64,000 bases of DNA from Clostridia bacterium (GTDB lineage: Bacteria > Bacillota > Clostridia > Oscillospirales > CAG-272), in contig JAFQEJ010000033.1 of NCBI GenBank assembly GCA_017399105.1, positions 2,770-66,769 on the forward strand, given 5' to 3'. The stretch's first letter is position 1; each line of letters starts with the position of its first letter. Under the pieces are notes generated by a model. That model was not told the origin of the DNA, ran no database searches, and was given only the letters and a program-made list of their open reading frames with translations. Made by a program: the position numbers and the translations under genes. Shown piece by piece: positions 27,808 through 36,765 of this stretch.

Positions 27808-29199
27808 CTATTTTCTCTTGTATTTGGTGCCGGCGGCGGTGTCCTCGAGAATGATGCCGGCTTCGAGAAGTTCGGCACGGATCGCGTCGGCTTCGGCGTA
27901 GTTCTTCGCCCTCTTTGCGGCGGTGCGGAGTGCGATCTTTTCGAGGATCCAGGAATCGTACTCGCCGCTCTCCTCTTTTACAAAGCCCAACAGACCTGCA
28001 AGATCGTCGAAGATCGCCTTGCCTTTTTCCACAAGCTCCTTCGATGCGCCCGATGCAACCGCAGAGTTGAGATCGCGTACCAGCTCGTAAAGTGCCGCCA
28101 TACCGTCGGCGGTGTTGAAGTCATCGTCCATCGCCTCGATGAATGCTGCGCGTCGGCTTTCCATGGTCTCAAGGACTGCCTTCTCCTCCTCGCGGAGCGC
28201 GCCCTCGGCTCCCTTCAGATAGAATGCGGCATTGTCTGCACAGGTGAGAATACGTTCAACTGCTGCCTTGGACTGCTCGATGATATCGGTGGAATAGTTC
28301 ACCGGACTGCGATAGTGAGCACTGAGGATGAAGTGGCGGATGGGCAGATAGCCGTACTTCTCAGCTACGTCGCGTACAGTGAAGAAGTTGCCCAGCGACT
28401 TTGACATTTTTTTATTGTCTACATTGATGTAGCCGTTGTGCATCCAGTAGCGGGCAAAGGGCTTGCCTGTGCAGCACTCCGACTGAGCAATCTCGTTTTC
28501 GTGGTGGGGGAAGGTCAGATCCTGTCCGCCGCAGTGGAGATCGATGGTCTCGCCCAGATAGCGCCGTACCATCGCCGAGCACTCGATGTGCCAGCCCGGT
28601 CTGCCCTCTCCCCAGGGGGATGTCCAATGAGGCTCATCCGGCTTTGCCGCCTTCCAGAGCGCGAAGTCCAGCGGATCTTCCTTCACCTCGGAGACATCGA
28701 TGCGCGCACCCGACTCCAGATCGTCGATGGGCATGTGGGAAAGCTTGCCGTATTCCTTAAATGCCTTGGTGCGGAAATAAACGTCGCCGTTGGATTCATA
28801 AGCATAGCCGCGCTCAATGAGAGTGGATACAATGTCGATGATGGTGTCGATGTTCTCAGTGGCACGGGGATGAATGGTGGCAGGCTCAACGCCGAGACCC
28901 TTTGCATCGGAATAGTATTCCCTGATGTAGCGCTCAGCCACATCGGGAACGGTAGTGCCCTCCTCGTTGGCGCGCTTGATCATCTTGTCATCCACGTCGG
29001 TGAAGTTCTGTACAAAGGTCACGTCATAGCCGCGCCAGCGGAGATAGCGGCGAAGCATGTCAAAGACAACGAAGCAGCGCGCGTTGCCGATGTGGAAGTA
29101 GTTGTAGACTGTGGGACCGCAGGCATACATTTTGACCTTGCCGGGCTCGAGGGTGATGAATTCTTCTTTTTCTCTGGTGAGGGTGTTGTAAATTTTCAT
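27808..29199 (-). CDS. cysS: Cysteine--tRNA ligase
   Basis: HIGNAR (HIGH) and KMSKS motifs. ATG (MKIYNTL) follows GAGG. Confidence 0.95.
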   Translation of the reverse strand: MKIYNTLTREKEEFITLEPGKVKMYACGPTVYNYFHIGNARCFVVFDMLRRYLRWRGYDVTFVQNFTDVDDKMIKRANEEGTTVPDVAERYIREYYSDAKGLGVEPATIHPRATENIDTIIDIVSTLIERGYAYESNGDVYFRTKAFKEYGKLSHMPIDDLESGARIDVSEVKEDPLDFALWKAAKPDEPHWTSPWGEGRPGWHIECSAMVRRYLGETIDLHCGGQDLTFPHHENEIAQSECCTGKPFARYWMHNGYINVDNKKMSKSLGNFFTVRDVAEKYGYLPIRHFILSAHYRSPVNYSTDIIEQSKAAVERILTCADNAAFYLKGAEGALREEEKAVLETMESRRAAFIEAMDDDFNTADGMAALYELVRDLNSAVASGASKELVEKGKAIFDDLAGLLGFVKEESGEYDSWILEKIALRTAAKRAKNYAEADAIRAELLEAGIILEDTAAGTKYKRK

Positions 29200-29259
29200 T
29201 GGTGTAACCTCGTTGTGGAATGAAATAAGGAAGGTGCGCGAACGGTGCCGCTGCACGTT

Positions 29260-29633
29260 GTCAATTTAAAGTTTTCGGTCAAGCCTTTATCAAAATTCAA
29301 ATCCGCCTTCGCGGTTTTGAATTCAAGGCTTGCGGTTTCCAAAGGCGGCGCCTTTGGTCGATGCCCGCAGGCATCGAAAAGCCCTGTGCTGAGAAGAGCC
29401 TTTCTCTTTTTTCGGTTCCTTTTTTATCTTTTGCGATAGAAAAGAGAAAAAAGGAACAAGCAAGCGATTTAGGAGAGGAAGCGGATAGAGATGTTACGAT
29501 ATCAAAGCGTTAGGGAGCGGGATACCGAGGGCGGTATCCCCTACCGATGGAGGGGGGAGTTTGGTTATAGAGTTGTTACGATATCAGAGCGAGCAAGCTC
29601 GCTCTATCGTTAGGGAGCGGGGCAGCGCAGGCG
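29260..29633. repeat. Mosaic of palindromic/REP-like units filling the cysE-cysS spacer
   Basis: Contains CAAAGGCGGCGCCTTTGG, TCGATGCCCGCAGGCATCGA, GTTCCTTTTTT..AAAAAAGGAAC and TAGAGCGAGCTTGCTCGCTCTA (last one as read on the minus strand). GTTACGATATCARAGCG...TTAGGGAGCGGG occurs twice. A GGGAGYGGGAYACCGAGGGC unit recurs near 3290. Confidence 0.7.
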
Positions 29634-30356
29634 TTACTCGCCCTTTTTTGCTTTCAGCTTTTCCAGCTCTTCCTTCAGCCTGACCTGCTCGAGGCGGAGC
29701 TTGCATAACTCCTGCGCAACCGGGTCGGGAATGTGTACCTGGTCGAGGTCTGCACATTCGGGGCATTTCGTAAGCTTCTCGCCGCTGCGGCGGACAACTC
29801 GCGCGGGAATACCCACAGCGGTGGACTCTTCGGGAATTTCCTCCAGTACGACCGCACCTGCGGCAATCTTCGCGCCGTTGCCGACCTTGAAGGGGCCAAG
29901 CACCTTTGCGCCCGCGCCTACCATCACGTTGTTGCCAAGGGTGGGATGACGCTTGCCGGTGTCCTTTCCTGTACCGCCCAGGGTGACGCCCTGGTATATG
30001 GTGCAGTTGTCACCGATTTCTGCCGTCTCGCCGATCACAACGCCCATGCCGTGGTCGATGAACAATCCCTTTCCGATGGTGGCTCCGGGATGAATCTCAA
30101 TACCGGTGAGCGCGCGTGCGCCCTGGCTCACCATGCGGGCGGCCAGCTTGTGTCCGTTCTTGAAGAGCGCGTGAGATGCTCTGTAGGCAAGCAGCGCGTG
30201 CAGTCCCGAATAGGTCAGCAGCACCTCTGCATCCGATCTTGCCGCAGGGTCGCGCTCGCGAATGACTCTGACCTCTTCCTTGATCTCGCTCACCGTCTTT
30301 TTAATGCTGTCGGTGACGCTCTTACCGTTGATTGTAAGATTGATTTTAATACTCAT
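29634..30356 (-). CDS. cysE: Serine O-acetyltransferase with a C-terminal extension of about 50 aa
   Basis: Hexapeptide-repeat core GIEIHPGATIGKGLFIDHGMGVVIGETAEIGDNCTIYQGVTLGG. The tail has CPEC and a coiled-coil-like LEQVRLKEELEKLKAKK. Confidence 0.9.
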   Translation of the reverse strand: MSIKINLTINGKSVTDSIKKTVSEIKEEVRVIRERDPAARSDAEVLLTYSGLHALLAYRASHALFKNGHKLAARMVSQGARALTGIEIHPGATIGKGLFIDHGMGVVIGETAEIGDNCTIYQGVTLGGTGKDTGKRHPTLGNNVMVGAGAKVLGPFKVGNGAKIAAGAVVLEEIPEESTAVGIPARVVRRSGEKLTKCPECADLDQVHIPDPVAQELCKLRLEQVRLKEELEKLKAKKGE

Positions 30357-30384
30357 AGCTCATAAGCCTTTCGTAGAATTGAAC

Positions 30385-30648
30385 CAAATAAAAAAGCGCC
30401 CTTCTGCAGAATAATCCTCTGCATAAAGGCGGCATATGTCGCGGTTCCACTTTATGATTTACTCTGGCAGCTCGGACGTGTCCTTTACTGCTCCTGCCTT
30501 AACGCGGCTCACGTCTGCCCTTTTGAGAGCAGCGGCTCCGGGACGCACAAGCCCGCTTCCTCCGTATCCGCGCTTTCAGCCGATGGCGCAGACTCTCTGA
30601 TCGGTATCGACGGTATCTTTCCCTTCGCTGCCTTTATATAATTTATTA
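30385..30648 (-). promoter_or_regulatory. T-box leader (probable Cys specifier) with intrinsic terminator, upstream of cysE-cysS
   Basis: Minus strand carries AAAGTGGAACCGCGA (T-box core, plus-strand 30439-30453), then CCTTTATGCAGAGG..CTGCAGAAGGG hairpin plus TTTTTT. Stem I base is GCAGCG/CGCTGC with an AGAGAG element. Candidate specifier UGC-G is at plus-strand 30545-30547. A TATAAT is at 30655-30660 (minus). Confidence 0.7.
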
Positions 30649-30733
30649 TTATTTATTATAGCAAAAATCCCCGAAAGGGCAATAGGGCGAATGTAAACTT
30701 TGTGTGAACAGCGGAGTTTTCGGCAGGAGATTC

Positions 30734-31237
30734 TCATAAAGATGGAGTAATCGGCAGGATGCGCTCCCCGATACGGGCAGCAAATTCGGGAGTGCACTCA
30801 AAAAACGCAGCTGAGGTGCTGTCGCTTATCGGGTCGGTGAAGAGAATCGCATAGGGCTTCGCGCCGATCATGCTGATGCAGAAATTATGACGGGCTTTGA
30901 TTTCATCCGGAATCGGTGATTCGGGGGAGAGAACAGCGGTGATGTGCGCTGTGGGGATATACTCACGGGTAAGCACTTTACCGCGCTGCCGGGTGATGAT
31001 CAGGCTGTCGGGGGGATTGTCGTCGCATTCGGTGAGGGTATAGGTAATGGTGGTGAGGGCATAACGTGCGATCAGCTGAATGGTTGCGGTCATAAGTGCA
31101 ACGGCAAGCAGCTGAAGAGGAAGAGCAGGCTTCAGTCCCACCGACGAGGAAATGAAGAGGACTGCAGCGGCGGTAATGAGAAGCACAGGGATAACAACAT
31201 GCGCTCTGCCGCGTGGAGTGGGGGTGTAGGTAAGCAT
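30734..31237 (-). CDS. Hypothetical membrane protein (2 TM helices plus soluble C-terminal domain)
   Basis: GGGAGG RBS. Helices VVIPVLLITAAAVLFISS and LPLQLLAVALMTATIQLIARY. Confidence 0.5.
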   Translation of the reverse strand: MLTYTPTPRGRAHVVIPVLLITAAAVLFISSSVGLKPALPLQLLAVALMTATIQLIARYALTTITYTLTECDDNPPDSLIITRQRGKVLTREYIPTAHITAVLSPESPIPDEIKARHNFCISMIGAKPYAILFTDPISDSTSAAFFECTPEFAARIGERILPITPSL

Positions 31238-31281
31238 AAAACCTCCCTGGATAAAAAAGTGAAGTATGCGCTGTGCGCGGA

Positions 31282-31773
31282 TTAGAGCGTACCGTGCCCG
31301 AAGAGTACTGCATCGCCTCGGATTTCCATTGTGCCGAAGGATGGCTTGCCCTCCCGGGGAAACGAGATGCTGCCGGGGTTGAAAAGCGTGATGCCTGTAT
31401 CCGGAAAGTAACGCTCGGTGGGGAGATGGGTGTGACCGAAAAGAGCATATCTGACGCCGCGGGCATGGGCATAGTTATGATAGCGGTCAAGGCTGTCCTT
31501 TACGCCGAAGCGGTGACCGTGGGTGAGGAGAATATCGATGCCGTCAAGGGTGATGATCTGCTCGGCAGTGGTCTTTTTTCCGAAGCTGCGCCACTCTTCC
31601 ATATTGCCTGCGACAGAGTAGGACTGCATCTGCGGGTGCGATTTTGCAATAAGCGCAAACTCTTCACTGCCGTCGCCGAGATGGATGAGCACGTCGGCAT
31701 CGGTGATGCGCGAGAGTATCTTCTTCATACCGAAGGTTGAGCCGTGGGAATCGGAAAAAATCAGAATTTTCAT
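31282..31773 (-). CDS. YfcE/MJ0936-family metallophosphoesterase
   Basis: DSHG, GD, THGH and GHTH motifs. GGAG RBS. Confidence 0.85.
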   Translation of the reverse strand: MKILIFSDSHGSTFGMKKILSRITDADVLIHLGDGSEEFALIAKSHPQMQSYSVAGNMEEWRSFGKKTTAEQIITLDGIDILLTHGHRFGVKDSLDRYHNYAHARGVRYALFGHTHLPTERYFPDTGITLFNPGSISFPREGKPSFGTMEIRGDAVLFGHGTL

Positions 31774-31875
31774 GGTGTCTCCAAAAATTTTCGATGGGAT
31801 GGACGAAATTCCTCACAGCATCTCTGCTTGGTGCATAGGATAGTAGCAGTATAGGAAGAATGGGAGGAAATCATT

Positions 31876-32133
31876 ATGGCTATTGATAAATCGATGCTGA
31901 GCAAGCTGGCAGCCCTTTCGGATGAGGAGATGCGCGATGCCGTAAGGAAGGCGGCGAAGCTGCTGGGTGCCAGTGACAAGGATGCCGAGCGGGCGGCAGG
32001 CAATGCTCCTTTGATCAAGGCGAAGCTCTCCTCTGCCACCGATGCCGATATCAAGCGGGCTATCGATCATGTGGGTGAGGACACCATCCGCGACATCGCA
32101 AAAGAAATCGGCATTGAGAAAGGGCAGGGCTGA
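31876..32133 (+). CDS. Small helical hypothetical protein
   Basis: GGGAGG RBS, 85 aa, charged helical sequence. First of three tightly packed small genes. Confidence 0.5.
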   Translation: MAIDKSMLSKLAALSDEEMRDAVRKAAKLLGASDKDAERAAGNAPLIKAKLSSATDADIKRAIDHVGEDTIRDIAKEIGIEKGQG

Positions 32134-32135
32134 GT

Positions 32136-32615
32136 ATGGCTGATTTGAACATCAACGATCTTTTGGGAAAGGTGCTGGAGAATCCCGATGCCATCGGGCG
32201 TGTGATCTCTCTGATGAATTCGCCTGAGGGCAGTGCCATTGGAAATATGCTTGGTTCAGTGTTGAATTCATCTGATGGCAGTGCCATCGGAAACATGCTA
32301 GGTTCTGTGTTAAATTCATCTGATGGCACTGCCATCGGAAACATGCTTGGCTCGGCACCGGGCGGAGATACGGCGAACAAGGGCGAGAGCGTTCACGAGG
32401 TTCCTTCCGGAGATGAAGGAGAGAAGCTTCCGGTGAAGGCAGATCCGTCCCCGCAAAAGCGGGATGAAGCCGCCTGCCGCATCGCGCTTTTGAGAGCACT
32501 GATGCCCTACATGAACGAAAACCGCCGCGGCAAGGTGGAATACATCATGAAGCTGATGCAGGTGATGCAGATGGTCTCGCAAACCGGACTGCTCAAGGGC
32601 GGACTGCTGAAATGA
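32136..32615 (+). CDS. Hypothetical protein with a 16-aa (48-bp) tandem repeat GSAIGNMLGSVLNSSD
   Basis: Starts 3 nt after the upstream stop. Repeat units at 32229-32276 and 32277-32324, plus a partial third. Confidence 0.55.
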   Translation: MADLNINDLLGKVLENPDAIGRVISLMNSPEGSAIGNMLGSVLNSSDGSAIGNMLGSVLNSSDGTAIGNMLGSAPGGDTANKGESVHEVPSGDEGEKLPVKADPSPQKRDEAACRIALLRALMPYMNENRRGKVEYIMKLMQVMQMVSQTGLLKGGLLK

Positions 32616-32634
32616 TAACGAAGGGAGAGATGAC

Positions 32635-32982
32635 ATGTATTCGCGAAATTTCGGCACGGGCAGGAGCGCACCTCCTCCACCGCCTTCCTACAGCGGTGTA
32701 ATGTATCCCCGAGAGGAACCGCAGGAGGAGACTGTGCGGGAGGAAATCGAAAAGGAAGTGACCTCCCCTCCCAAGGCGGCATGCGCGATCGAAAGCTGCG
32801 CTGAAAAGGAAGAGGCAAAGGAAGAGAAAGAGGAGAAAAAGGGACTTCTCAGCTCACTCTTCGGTCGGACGCTCACCTTCGAGGATTTATTGCTGGTGGG
32901 ACTGATTATCATGCTCATCGACTCGGGTGCCGATGACGAGCTGCTGATTATACTGGCATTTCTGCTGCTGGCGGGAAGGTGA
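32635..32982 (+). CDS. Hypothetical protein: Pro-rich and acidic N-terminus, C-terminal membrane segment
   Basis: GAAGGGAG RBS. C-terminal LLLVGLIIMLIDSGADDELLIILAFLLLAG. A hairpin terminator follows at 32986-33013. Confidence 0.5.
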   Translation: MYSRNFGTGRSAPPPPPSYSGVMYPREEPQEETVREEIEKEVTSPPKAACAIESCAEKEEAKEEKEEKKGLLSSLFGRTLTFEDLLLVGLIIMLIDSGADDELLIILAFLLLAGR

Positions 32983-33023
32983 AAGAAGGGCGGATCTGAG
33001 TTTGTCCGCCCTTTTCTATGCGC

Positions 33024-33806
33024 TTATTTCAGGCTCTCCAGCCAGATTGCCGAGAGCTTTGTCCACTCCTCGATGCCGGGAATGCCGGTGGCAAGTCCCA
33101 GACCGTGAGGGCCGTGGGGGAAGACATGCAGCTCGAAGGGAATCTGCGCCCGTCTCATGGCGGCGGCGAGATAGAGGCTGTTTTCCACCGGCACGCCGGG
33201 ATCGTCTGCAGTATGCCACATGAATACGGGAGGCATATCGGGACGAACCGATATCTCACCCGACAGCTTTTTCACAAGCTCCTTGTCGGGATGTTCGCCC
33301 AGCAGATTGTGCAGACTTCCCACATGGGTGTATTCTCCGAGGGAAACCACGGGATAGCAGAGAATGCCCGCGTCGGGGCGGCAGGAAATACGGTCAATTT
33401 CATCAACAGGCGCAGGATGCTCACCGAAGTGCTCCACGGTGGAGACGGTGAGATGACCGCCTGCAGAGAAGCCGAGGATAGCGATTTTATCGGCGGGATA
33501 ACCGAGGGTGGGAGCCAGCCAGCGTGCCATACGGACTGCGCGCTGGGAGTCGGTGAGGGGCACGGGATGGCGATAGGGCGCTACACGGTAGGAGACAACG
33601 AAGGATGCAAAGCCCAGCTCGTTGTAACGGCGGGCGATGGGCTCACCCTCGTGATTCGCGCGCATGGCATAGCCTCCGCCGGGGAGGACAACGACGCAGC
33701 CTTTGGGATTTTCGGCGGGGTAGTAGGTCATTTCGGGAGCCGGCTGGTTGTAATCGGGATTGAAATGGGGAACATTTTCGTTCCAGAGCGGATAGGATAC
33801 GGGCAT
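33024..33806 (-). CDS. Alpha/beta-hydrolase (acetyl esterase/lipase-type)
   Basis: LPGGGY oxyanion motif and GFSAGGH nucleophile elbow. GGAGG RBS. Confidence 0.8.
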   Translation of the reverse strand: MPVSYPLWNENVPHFNPDYNQPAPEMTYYPAENPKGCVVVLPGGGYAMRANHEGEPIARRYNELGFASFVVSYRVAPYRHPVPLTDSQRAVRMARWLAPTLGYPADKIAILGFSAGGHLTVSTVEHFGEHPAPVDEIDRISCRPDAGILCYPVVSLGEYTHVGSLHNLLGEHPDKELVKKLSGEISVRPDMPPVFMWHTADDPGVPVENSLYLAAAMRRAQIPFELHVFPHGPHGLGLATGIPGIEEWTKLSAIWLESLK

Positions 33807-33970
33807 GATGTACCTCCGATAGAAAATTATCCGATGTTTATGGGAATATCTGCTTTCATTATAGTACAGTTCGGGCGCAAATGCAAGGGGATTTTGTAAA
33901 TCGGATATTGACTTTGTTCGGCGGTTATGTTATAGTTAGCACAGAATCTTACTTTTTTCTGGAGGTTATC

Positions 33971-35995
33971 ATGATGAATTCGATCTATAAATACACCTTC
34001 GGCACGCCCGAGGAGCACACCCCTTTTAAGCTGACCGGTCAGCGGATTGACGGGGATGCCGGCGGACTCCCTGCCTGTGAAGCGCCCTTCGGAGCCGAAG
34101 CGATTACATTTTCGGTGAATGCACGGGGCACGACGCTGAACATTCCTGCAGCTCCCGGCGAGCAGTTCTTCGGTCTTGGTCTGCAGCTCAAGTCGGTGGC
34201 ACAGCGGGGAAAAAAGAAGGTTCTGCGGGTCAACAGCGACCCCACCCTTGATCTGGGCGACAGCCATGCGCCGGTGCCCTTCTATCTTTCGACAGCAGGC
34301 TACGGTGTGCTGATTGACACGGCGCGCTATACCACCTTCCAGTTTGCATCCCATGTGAAGCAGGCATCCGCCGAGCAGAGGAAAGAAAGCGCCGACAACA
34401 CCGACGATCTCTATGCGGCAAGAGCACTTTCGGGCACCACCCATGTGCTTGTGGACATCCCTGCGGCTAAGGGCGTGGATGTCTATGTATTCGCAGGTCC
34501 TACCATGGCTGATGCGCTGAAGAGATACAACATGTTCTCGGGCGGCGGTGTACTGCCTCCCATGTGGGGTCTTGGTATCTGGTACCGCACGTGGGTATAT
34601 TCTACCCAGGACGCTGTCCGCGAGCAGGCAAAGAGCATCCGTGCCGACAGACTTCCCTGCGACGTCTTCGGACTGGAGCCGGGCTGGCAGACAAGAGCCT
34701 ACTCCTGCTCCTATGTCTGGAATCGCGAAAAATATCCCGACATCGAGCAGGTTATTGAGGAGCTGAGAGCGCAGGGCTATCACCTGAACCTCTGGGAGCA
34801 TCTCTATATGCATCCCGAATGTCCTATCTACGGTGAGCAGGAGCCCTATGCAGGCGATTACAAGGTCTGGGGCGGACTTGTTCCCGACCTGTCTGTTCCC
34901 GAAGCTGCAAAATCCTTCCGCGACTATCACAAAACCGCACTGATCGAAAAGGGCATTTCGGGCTTCAAGCTGGACGAGTGCGACAACTCCGACTTTATCG
35001 GACATCCCTGGTCCTATCCCGAAGCATCCCAGTTCCCCTCGGGCATGGACGGCGAACAGATGCACTCCATGATGGGTATGCTCTCCCAGCAGGCGATGAT
35101 GCCCGTTTATGAGGAGCTGAATCAGCGTACCTACAACTGCGTGCGCTCCTCGGGTGCTTATGCAGCTCCCATGCCCTATGTGCTCTATTCCGACCTTTAC
35201 AGCCTCTCCGACTTTATCCGCGGCGTTGTAACCGCCGGCTTCTCGGGACTTCTCTGGTGCCCCGAGGTGAGACAGAGCGGAGACGAGGAGGATCTCATCC
35301 GCAGACTCCAGACAGTGGTGCTCTCTCCGCTGGCAATGATCAACAACTGGATGGTTCCTCATCCCGCCTGGAAGCAGTTCGACACCGAAAAGAACAAGGA
35401 AGGCGACTTCAGCGGCTGCGAGGGCGTAGTGGACAGGGTTCGTCCTGTGCTTGAGCTGCGTATGAAGCTGCTGCCCTACCTCTACAATGCCTTCAATAGC
35501 TACAGAAAATGCGGTCTGCCCCCCTTCCGTTCGCTTGCTGTCGACTATACCGGAGATGCGAATACCCACACCATCGACGACCAGTACATGGTGGGCGATG
35601 CCATGATGTATGCGCCCATGCTGCCCGGAAAGACAAGCCGTGAGGTCTATCTGCCTGCGGGCAAGTGGCACAACTTCTTCACCGGCGAAACCTACGAGGG
35701 CGCCACAAAGCGCACCTTTGAGGCTGCAGTAGCCGATATCCTTCTCTTCGTCAGGGACGGTTCACTTATTCCCACAGCCAAGCCGGTCACCCATGTCACC
35801 CCCGATACCGTCTTTGAGATGGAAGTGCGTCGTTTCGGCGGGGGAAGGCTCACCTGCACCCTCACCGAGGATGACGGCGAAAGCTTTGATTTCCTGAAGG
35901 GTGAGCAGAACATCATCACCCTCACAAGCGAAGAGGACGGCAGGCTCACCCTTACCCGCGAAGGCGGCTATGACGGCGTGAGATATGTGTTTTAA
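33971..35995 (+). CDS. Glycoside hydrolase family 31 (alpha-glucosidase/alpha-xylosidase-like)
   Basis: WGLGIWY...DVFGLEPGWQ and GFKLDECD (YicI-like catalytic region). GGAGG lies 6 nt upstream of the ATG at 33971. Confidence 0.85.
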   Translation: MMNSIYKYTFGTPEEHTPFKLTGQRIDGDAGGLPACEAPFGAEAITFSVNARGTTLNIPAAPGEQFFGLGLQLKSVAQRGKKKVLRVNSDPTLDLGDSHAPVPFYLSTAGYGVLIDTARYTTFQFASHVKQASAEQRKESADNTDDLYAARALSGTTHVLVDIPAAKGVDVYVFAGPTMADALKRYNMFSGGGVLPPMWGLGIWYRTWVYSTQDAVREQAKSIRADRLPCDVFGLEPGWQTRAYSCSYVWNREKYPDIEQVIEELRAQGYHLNLWEHLYMHPECPIYGEQEPYAGDYKVWGGLVPDLSVPEAAKSFRDYHKTALIEKGISGFKLDECDNSDFIGHPWSYPEASQFPSGMDGEQMHSMMGMLSQQAMMPVYEELNQRTYNCVRSSGAYAAPMPYVLYSDLYSLSDFIRGVVTAGFSGLLWCPEVRQSGDEEDLIRRLQTVVLSPLAMINNWMVPHPAWKQFDTEKNKEGDFSGCEGVVDRVRPVLELRMKLLPYLYNAFNSYRKCGLPPFRSLAVDYTGDANTHTIDDQYMVGDAMMYAPMLPGKTSREVYLPAGKWHNFFTGETYEGATKRTFEAAVADILLFVRDGSLIPTAKPVTHVTPDTVFEMEVRRFGGGRLTCTLTEDDGESFDFLKGEQNIITLTSEEDGRLTLTREGGYDGVRYVF

Positions 35996-36018
35996 GTAAA
36001 TCCCGGTTATGGGAATTC

Positions 36019-36080
36019 AACAAGCAAAAGCTGATGAACGGGGCAGGAACTCTCTTGCCCTGCGGCTTTTGCTTGTTTTT
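36019..36080 (+). terminator. Long hairpin terminator after the GH31 gene
   Basis: AACAAGCAAAAGC...GCTTTTGCTTGTT followed by TTT. Confidence 0.65.
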
Positions 36081-36177
36081 GCTGAGAAAAATAAAGCGAA
36101 GGGCTTCATCCAATGGCAAAATCAAGGGTTTTGACGATAAATTCTCGATTTTTCTTGAATGAATTTCGTTTTAACTA

Positions 36178-36206
36178 TTGCAATCCTCTCCGATTTATGA
36201 TACAAT
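36178..36206 (+). promoter_or_regulatory. Sigma-70-type promoter upstream of secG
   Basis: TTGCAA (36178-36183), a 17-nt spacer, then TACAAT (36201-36206). Confidence 0.4.
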
Positions 36207-36295
36207 AACAATACTTGATTAAATTTTCATTTCTGTGTTGACGCTTGACCCACGCATTTTGCGGAGCAACACGAAAATTCAGGAGGAACTTATAA

Positions 36296-36667
36296 ATGAC
36301 TATCGTATTCGGCATTATTCTGATTGTTTTAGCTCTGGTTCTGATCGTTACCGTACTTCTTCAGGACAGCAAGTCTCACGGTCTTTCCGGCACAATCACC
36401 GGCGGCGCTGAAACCTTCTTCGGCAAGAACAAGGGTAAGGAAATCAACCAGTGGCTTCCTAAGGTTACAACAGCAGTTGCTATCGCATTCGTTATTCTCG
36501 TTGTGATCATGTATGTTGTTCAGCCCGGCGGCAATGCGGTTCCCGGCAACCAGATCGTTCTGGACAGCCCCGAAACAAGCGTTGAAACCTCCGCTGATAC
36601 TGCAGCAGATGCAGCTGACACCGCAGCTGATACTGCAGCTGATACCACCGAGGAGACCGCAGCATAA
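36296..36667 (+). CDS. secG: Preprotein translocase subunit SecG with an Ala/Asp/Thr-repeat C-terminal extension
   Basis: LLQDSKSHGLSGTITGG motif between two TM helices. AGGAGG RBS. Tail reads ADTAADAADTAADTAADTTEETAA. Confidence 0.85.
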   Translation: MTIVFGIILIVLALVLIVTVLLQDSKSHGLSGTITGGAETFFGKNKGKEINQWLPKVTTAVAIAFVILVVIMYVVQPGGNAVPGNQIVLDSPETSVETSADTAADAADTAADTAADTTEETAA

Positions 36668-36765
36668 CCTCTGCGGCATCAACAGGATTATGAATCATGA
36701 AACAGCCTTTGGAAATACTCTTTCCGAAGGCTGTTGTTGTCTTATGACCAAAACAGGAGAACCAA

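Noticed and set aside
29200-29633. A second T-box or other known riboswitch directly upstream of cysS
   Set aside because: No GGTGGNACCGCG-like core occurs on the minus strand. The only CGCGG-containing string (AAACCGCGAAGGCGG) lacks the T-box context. The region is better explained as stacked palindromic repeats.
33827-35671. 614-aa minus-strand ORF, plus similar long antisense ORFs at 8762..10252, 9952..11322, 4719..5915, 22937..24010, 12747..13658 and 37882..38862
   Set aside because: Each lies antisense to a gene with clear family motifs (GH31, pgk, tpiA, PGM, LtaS-like, glnN, rnr). Their translations are low-complexity Arg/Gly/His/Cys-rich, as is typical of shadow ORFs in GC-rich DNA with GC3 bias.
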